Below the pieces are notes generated by a model, which saw nothing but the letters and a program-made list of their open reading frames with translations, had not been told where the DNA came from and searched no databases. From NCBI RefSeq assembly GCF_000007985.2, contig NC_002939.5, forward strand, positions 3,390,001 to 3,422,000: 32,000 nt of DNA. The letters run 5' to 3'. This stretch comes from Geobacter sulfurreducens PCA. Its GTDB lineage: Bacteria; Desulfobacterota; Desulfuromonadia; Geobacterales; Geobacteraceae. Positions 28,107-32,000 of this stretch are shown piece by piece. The translations under genes and the position numbers were made by a program. How positions within the stretch are numbered: position 1 is the stretch's first letter; the number at the start of each line of letters is the position of its first letter.

Positions 28107-28508
28107 TCATCTCGGCCCGCCGCGTCCGGCGAGCATCGCAATCTTCATATCGCACCGGGCAATCCATTCGCGGCCCGGCTGAACGAGCCACGCCGCCGCG
28201 TAAAAGGAGCTGCGCAGTGCCCGGTAGGCAATGAGCGCCCGCTCCGTGTCGCCGATCCGCTCGAGCCCGGCCCCGATCTCCCAGAGCCGGCTGGCCGACT
28301 TCTCCACATGGGGGCCCAGGGGGGTATACATGTGGAGCGCCGCCTCATAGGCCGATACGGCGGCCATGTAATCTCCCCGCGCCATGGCCTCCTCACCCCG
28401 CAAAAACTGGGTGCGCTGCCGCCACAGGGTATTCCCGACGATGAGCAGGACAGAGATAAGAGCAATCGCCGTCACATTGACAAGGACTGTTTTGGTTTGT
28501 TCCGTCAT
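28107..28508 (-). CDS. Hypothetical membrane-anchored TPR-like protein (133 aa)
   Basis: One N-terminal TM segment (VLVNVTAIALISVLLIVGNTLW), then helical repeats resembling TPR (RGDYMAAVSAYEAALHMY..., GDTERALIAYRALRSSFY). There is a 6-nt gap to rnj. Confidence 0.6.
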   Translation of the reverse strand: MTEQTKTVLVNVTAIALISVLLIVGNTLWRQRTQFLRGEEAMARGDYMAAVSAYEAALHMYTPLGPHVEKSASRLWEIGAGLERIGDTERALIAYRALRSSFYAAAWLVQPGREWIARCDMKIAMLAGRGGPR

Positions 28509-28514
28509 GGCAGC

Positions 28515-28694
28515 CTATCCGAAAAAGTGCGGCACCACGGCCAGCAGAACCCCCGTAAGGGCGGAAACCACGCCGCCGAGCACGGCAAGGGCAGCCACCG
28601 CACCCCAGGGTCGCCGGAGCCGGTGGGCCGCCGGAAGCCCCCACGCCGTCACCAGGAGGCCGCCACCGATGAGAACAAAAGACAAGGCGAGCAT
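28515..28694 (-). CDS. Hypothetical small membrane protein (59 aa, 2 TM segments)
   Basis: MLALSFVLIGGGLLVTAWGLPAAHRLRRPWGAVAALAVLGGVVSALTGVLLAVVPHFFG. ATG 28694 has a GGAGGGG Shine-Dalgarno and lies 1 nt after the plsC stop. The longer track ORF (to 28823) overlaps plsC and is rejected. Confidence 0.45.
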   Translation of the reverse strand: MLALSFVLIGGGLLVTAWGLPAAHRLRRPWGAVAALAVLGGVVSALTGVLLAVVPHFFG

Positions 28695-28695
28695 C

Positions 28696-29400
28696 CTACC
28701 CCTCCAGCCCCGACTGAATGGCGGACCGTACCTGTTCCATGAGCGGCGTCCCCTTGAGGGCGCCGGCACCGGAGGTCGGAATCGGGGTCCCGAACCGGAC
28801 GGCGATCCTGGCACCCCGCACAAGCTTCACGGTGTTGCGCGGATTCACCTGCATGCTCCCGTTGATGGTGAACGGAATAATGGGCACCCCGGCCCGTTCG
28901 GCCAGGACAAATCCCCCTTTTTTGAACGGAAGGAGCGATCCGTCGGCGGTGCGGGTCCCTTCGGGGAAGACGATGACGCTGGCCCCTGCCCTGATCCGCT
29001 TTGCTGCGGCATCGAGACTCCGCAGGGCCTTACGGCCGTCGCTCCGGTCAACGGGGATGTAGCCTGCCCGTTGCATGGCGGCGCCGAACAGGGGGATACG
29101 GAAGAGCTCCTCCTTGGCGAGCCAGGAGAAGCGGCGCGGAATGGCCCGCGACAGGACGAGAATGTCGAAGTTTCCCTGGTGGTTCCCCATGAAGATGACC
29201 GGCTCTCCCGCCGGCACATTCTCGGTTCCGCTCACGTCGAGGCGCACCCCGGCCATCATGAGGCCGATCCGGCTCCAGGCGAGGGCACAGCGGTGGGCAA
29301 AGCCGCCACTGGCATCCACCAGGCTCCCCACAAGGGCCGCAAAGCTGAAGAAGCCGGAGAGCGGAATAAAAAAGGCGAGGTAAATCAGTCCGTTAAGCAT
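28696..29400 (-). CDS. plsC: 1-acyl-sn-glycerol-3-phosphate acyltransferase (PlsC family)
   Basis: 234 aa with an N-terminal hydrophobic anchor, the HX4D motif (GNHQGNFD), and the VFPEGTR and FKKGGF blocks. Confidence 0.88.
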   Translation of the reverse strand: MLNGLIYLAFFIPLSGFFSFAALVGSLVDASGGFAHRCALAWSRIGLMMAGVRLDVSGTENVPAGEPVIFMGNHQGNFDILVLSRAIPRRFSWLAKEELFRIPLFGAAMQRAGYIPVDRSDGRKALRSLDAAAKRIRAGASVIVFPEGTRTADGSLLPFKKGGFVLAERAGVPIIPFTINGSMQVNPRNTVKLVRGARIAVRFGTPIPTSGAGALKGTPLMEQVRSAIQSGLEG

Positions 29401-29590
29401 TGGTGGCTCCGGGGAAATATCCGATTAACCTTACTGCTTTTTGGCAGGGGAGTCAAACCAATATACGACCGGCGGAACCTCTCGAAATCCCTTTGAACCT
29501 TCACCGGCGCAAATCTCCGGCCCGCTGAAACGGGGCCGTCACCCGGGGATTCCGGTGCTGCGGCCTTCTTCCGGCCGCCCCAACAATCCA

Positions 29591-29619
29591 TTGAACAAAG
29601 CGGATGTTAGTGATAGGGT
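29591..29619 (+). promoter_or_regulatory. Weak sigma70-type promoter candidate for ssb (extended -10)
   Basis: TTGAAC (29591-29596), a 17-nt spacer ending in TGa, and TAGGGT (29614-29619). Confidence 0.25.
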
Positions 29620-29680
29620 ACCGTCGTTCTTTCGACGCTTTGATCACCAATCGCAATTCCCATACTCAGGAGGTCGCATT

Positions 29681-30121
29681 ATGGCAAGTCTCAACAAAGT
29701 GATGCTCATCGGCAATCTCGGGAAGGATCCCGAGGTTCGCTACACGCCTGCCGGCACGGCAGTTGCCAGCTTCTCCCTTGCCACCACCGAAAAATTCAAG
29801 AACAGGAACGGCGAATTCGAGGAAAAGACCGAATGGCACAACGTGGTCCTCTGGGGCCGCCAGGCCGAAATCGCCGGTGAATACCTGGCCAAGGGGCGGA
29901 CCGTTTTCATCGAGGGGCGGCTCCAGACCCGCAAGTGGCAGGACAAGGACGGCCGCGACCGCTGGACCACCGAGGTGGTGGGCGAGCGGATGCAGATGCT
30001 CGGCGGCAAGGGCGAGGGGGGCGGCGGACGCGCAGGCGGACGCGGCGGCCAGGAGAGCGGCTTCGGCGGCCCCTCCTATGACGAGCCGGCGTTCAACCCG
30101 GACGACGATATTCCGTTTTAG
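29681..30121 (+). CDS. ssb: Single-stranded DNA-binding protein
   Basis: [37 protein letters not shown]...[35 protein letters not shown], a Gly-rich linker and an acidic tail DDDIPF. ATG 29681 has a CAGGAGG Shine-Dalgarno. Confidence 0.97.
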   Translation: MASLNKVMLIGNLGKDPEVRYTPAGTAVASFSLATTEKFKNRNGEFEEKTEWHNVVLWGRQAEIAGEYLAKGRTVFIEGRLQTRKWQDKDGRDRWTTEVVGERMQMLGGKGEGGGGRAGGRGGQESGFGGPSYDEPAFNPDDDIPF

Positions 30122-30149
30122 TACATCCTGCTTTTTTCTACGCACCCAC

Positions 30150-30184
30150 GAGCCGCGGCGTCTCTGCACCGCGGCTCTTTTTTT
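30150..30184 (+). terminator. Intrinsic terminator of ssb
   Basis: GAGCCGCGG (30150-30158) pairs with CCGCGGCTC (30169-30177) across a 10-nt loop, followed by TTTTTTT (30178-30184). The T run abuts the stop codon of the convergent response-regulator gene. Confidence 0.75.
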
Positions 30185-30867
30185 CATTCGCGGCGCGATG
30201 CCCGTTCGAACTTGTACCCCACCCCGTACACTGAATGGATCAGATCCTCGCCGGGAGCGACATCCGCGATCTTTTTCCGCAGTTTTTTGATGTGGCTGTC
30301 GATGGTACGGTCGGCAACCACCCGCTCGTCGGGGTAGATGCGGTCCATGAGTTGCTGGCGGCTGTAGATCCTGCCGGGGCTGGCCGCCAGGAACTGGAGA
30401 AGCTTGAACTCGACGGCGGTCAAATCCAGTTCGTGACCGTCAAGGGCGGCACGGTAGCATGCCCCGTCCATGACGAGACCGGCCAGTGCCGTTGTCTGAC
30501 CCGGTCCGCTACGGCGCAGGACCGCCTTCACCCGCGCCACCACCTCGCGGGGACTGAAGGGCTTGCAGATGTAGTCGTCCGCCCCCAGTTCAAGGCCGAG
30601 CAGGCGGTCGATCTCCTCGATCCGCGCCGTGATCATGATGATCGGCACACTGGAAAAGACGCGGACATCCTTGCAGATCTCCAGGCCATCGCGGCCCGGC
30701 AGCATCAGGTCGAGCAGAACGAGGTCCGGTGCATGTTCGCGCACCCACGGCGCAGCCTCGGCACCTCCCGCCAGACAACAGACGTCAAATCCCGCCAATC
30801 GCAGATAATCGCGCAGCAGGGTGGCAATCTTCTCCTCGTCCTCCACAATGAGAATCGTTCCGGTCAT
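30184..30867 (-). CDS. OmpR/PhoB-family response regulator, BaeR-like
   Basis: 227 aa. Receiver domain (ILIVEDEEKIA...DLVLLDLMLPGRDG...) followed by ARIEEIDRLLGLELGADDYICKPFSPREVVARVKAVLRR, which closely resembles my memory of E. coli BaeR. C-terminal winged-helix domain (DRTIDSHIKKLRKKI...VYGVGYKF). Confidence 0.9.
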   Translation of the reverse strand: MTGTILIVEDEEKIATLLRDYLRLAGFDVCCLAGGAEAAPWVREHAPDLVLLDLMLPGRDGLEICKDVRVFSSVPIIMITARIEEIDRLLGLELGADDYICKPFSPREVVARVKAVLRRSGPGQTTALAGLVMDGACYRAALDGHELDLTAVEFKLLQFLAASPGRIYSRQQLMDRIYPDERVVADRTIDSHIKKLRKKIADVAPGEDLIHSVYGVGYKFERASRRE

Positions 30868-32000
30868 GGCTGATGCTCCCCGACCGGCAGCGTCACGGCA
30901 ATCCAGACCCCGCCCAGGGGCGAGTAACGGGCCGTGATGGTGCCGTTGTGAGCCTCGACAATGTTCCGGCAGATCGCCAGGCCGAGCCCCGCGCCGCCCC
31001 TGGCCCGACTACGGGAGCCCTCAACCCGGTAAAGCCGCTCGAAGAGCATCCCGAGGGCTTCTTCCGGCACCCCGGGCACCGAATCCTGCAGGTCGACGGT
31101 CACTGCCCCGTCATGGCACGTGAGCCGAACGAGCAACTCGCCGCCGATATCGGTGTATTTGAGAACATTGTCCAGCAGGTTGACGAAGAGTTGCTGCAAT
31201 CGCTCGGCATCGCCGAACACCGTGATTGGCTGCCGGACGGATATCTCCTCGCGGACGGCAATCCCCTTGCCGGCGAATTCGGCACGGTAGCTGACCAGTG
31301 CGCCGACCAGTACCCTCCCCAAGTCCAGCGGCTCTTTCCGGTAGGCGAGCGCGCCGATGTCGGTGAGGGAAAGCTGGTAAAGATCGTCCACCAACCGATT
31401 CAGGCGCAGGACCTCCCCATGGAGGGAGCGGATGGAATCCGGCGACGGTTGTCGGACGCCATCCTGGATCGCTTCTATTTCGCCCCGGAGCACGGCAAGC
31501 GGAGTACGGAGCTCGTGCGAAATGTCCGCCACCCACTGCCTCCGTGCCTGCTCGTTCTTCTCCAAGGTGAGGGCCAGGGCATTGAAGTCGCGGGCCAGGT
31601 GTCCCAGTTCGTCCGACGACGCCACGGGGATCCTGGTGTCGAACCGGCCGGCCGCAAGCTGACCGGTGGCCCCGGCCAGATCCCGGATGGGGCGCACGAG
31701 CCGCTTCGCGACCAGAAGCGACAGGCCGGCCGCGAGACAGACCACCACTCCCGCCACCAGGGCCACGGCCAGTTTCTGTTCCCGGATGAACCGGAGTTGG
31801 TGTGCCTCGGAGAGCTTGCGGCGGGGGGCGAGCCCCAGGTACCCCGCAACCGCCCCCTTGTAACGCAGGGCTTTCAGCTCCGCCACGTCGCCGGAAAAGT
31901 CGACGGGCAGCACATGCTCCCGGCGTGCGTCGAGAATGAGGAGACGCTCCGTCAGGTGATGAACCATGCGTTCGGGCGGCGGAGGCGGCCGCATCCCATC
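30864..32000 (-). CDS. Sensor histidine kinase, BaeS-like (HAMP, HisKA, HATPase); the N-terminus is probably outside the window
   Basis: A TM2 segment (AVALVAGVVVCLAAGLSLLV), HAMP (RPIRDLAGATGQLAAGRFDTRIP...ELGHLARDFNAL), H-box (ADISHELRTPLAVLRGEIEAIQDG), N-box (LLDNVLKYT) and G-boxes (DSVPGV, GGAGLGLAI). The frame is still open at 32000. Its stop overlaps the regulator ATG as ATGA. Confidence 0.9.
   Translation of the reverse strand, partial: DGMRPPPPPERMVHHLTERLLILDARREHVLPVDFSGDVAELKALRYKGAVAGYLGLAPRRKLSEAHQLRFIREQKLAVALVAGVVVCLAAGLSLLVAKRLVRPIRDLAGATGQLAAGRFDTRIPVASSDELGHLARDFNALALTLEKNEQARRQWVADISHELRTPLAVLRGEIEAIQDGVRQPSPDSIRSLHGEVLRLNRLVDDLYQLSLTDIGALAYRKEPLDLGRVLVGALVSYRAEFAGKGIAVREEISVRQPITVFGDAERLQQLFVNLLDNVLKYTDIGGELLVRLTCHDGAVTVDLQDSVPGVPEEALGMLFERLYRVEGSRSRARGGAGLGLAICRNIVEAHNGTITARYSPLGGVWIAVTLPVGEHQP

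Noticed and set aside
28695-28823. The upstream part of the 102-aa ORF 28515-28823
   Set aside because: This part overlaps the 3' end of plsC in another frame and is Pro/Arg/Gly-rich. Only the distal 59 codons, starting at ATG 28694 with a Shine-Dalgarno, look like a membrane protein.
29502-29578. A GEMM-type (c-di-GMP or cGAMP) riboswitch, which is common in Geobacter
   Set aside because: The conserved GEMM-I signature segments (GGCAAACC and ACGCAAAGC-type, with tetraloop and receptor arrangement) are absent. No downstream gene is in the appropriate position.
29385-29591. A 68-aa minus-strand ORF in the plsC/ssb intergenic region
   Set aside because: It overlaps the plsC start region, has no Shine-Dalgarno, is basic and Pro/Gly-rich, and coincides with the GC-rich hairpin element.
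29401-29680. A LexA/SOS box in front of ssb
   Set aside because: I found no GGTT-N-ACC-type palindrome (the Geobacter LexA motif as I recall it) and no CTGT-N8-ACAG motif in the intergenic region.

Overview
GC-rich, almost gap-free core-genome segment. Gene content and order look like a Geobacter/Desulfuromonadales chromosome; this is from memory of G. sulfurreducens synteny and is unverified. About 30 of 32 protein genes lie on the minus strand. Read in the minus-strand transcription direction (high to low coordinates), the window contains:
- a BaeS/BaeR-like two-component pair; ssb is on the plus strand, divergent from plsC
- a tightly packed plsC, 59-aa membrane ORF, TPR-like ORF, rnj, ftsK cluster
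- two small uncharacterised envelope ORFs
- a plus-strand IclR regulator, divergent from rho
- rpmE, followed by a roughly 11 kb run: thyX, DUF1385, prfA, prmC, murA, hisGDCBHAFE
- a macromolecular-synthesis operon: rpsU, yqeY, cvpA, dnaG, rpoD
- ybaK, SIR2, THUMP RNA methyltransferase
- tRNA(CAU), nif3, and the start of a coiled-coil protein that is probably the zinc-ribbon partner of nif3

I found no CRISPR array, IS element or transposase, integrase, prophage gene, toxin-antitoxin pair or recognisable defence island. I also found no long repeat by eye. I therefore do not see convincing evidence for a novel multi-gene system here; this reads as an ordinary housekeeping region.

The items most worth a second look are modest:
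- a SIR2-family gene embedded in a tRNA/RNA-themed cluster
- small uncharacterised envelope ORFs, at 23440-24050 and 28107-28694
- DUF1385 translationally coupled to thyX
- intrinsic terminators placed directly in front of SD-less genes or inside operons
- the rho/iclR divergent control region

Promoter, terminator and operator calls are by-eye motif matches with no energy or score computation.
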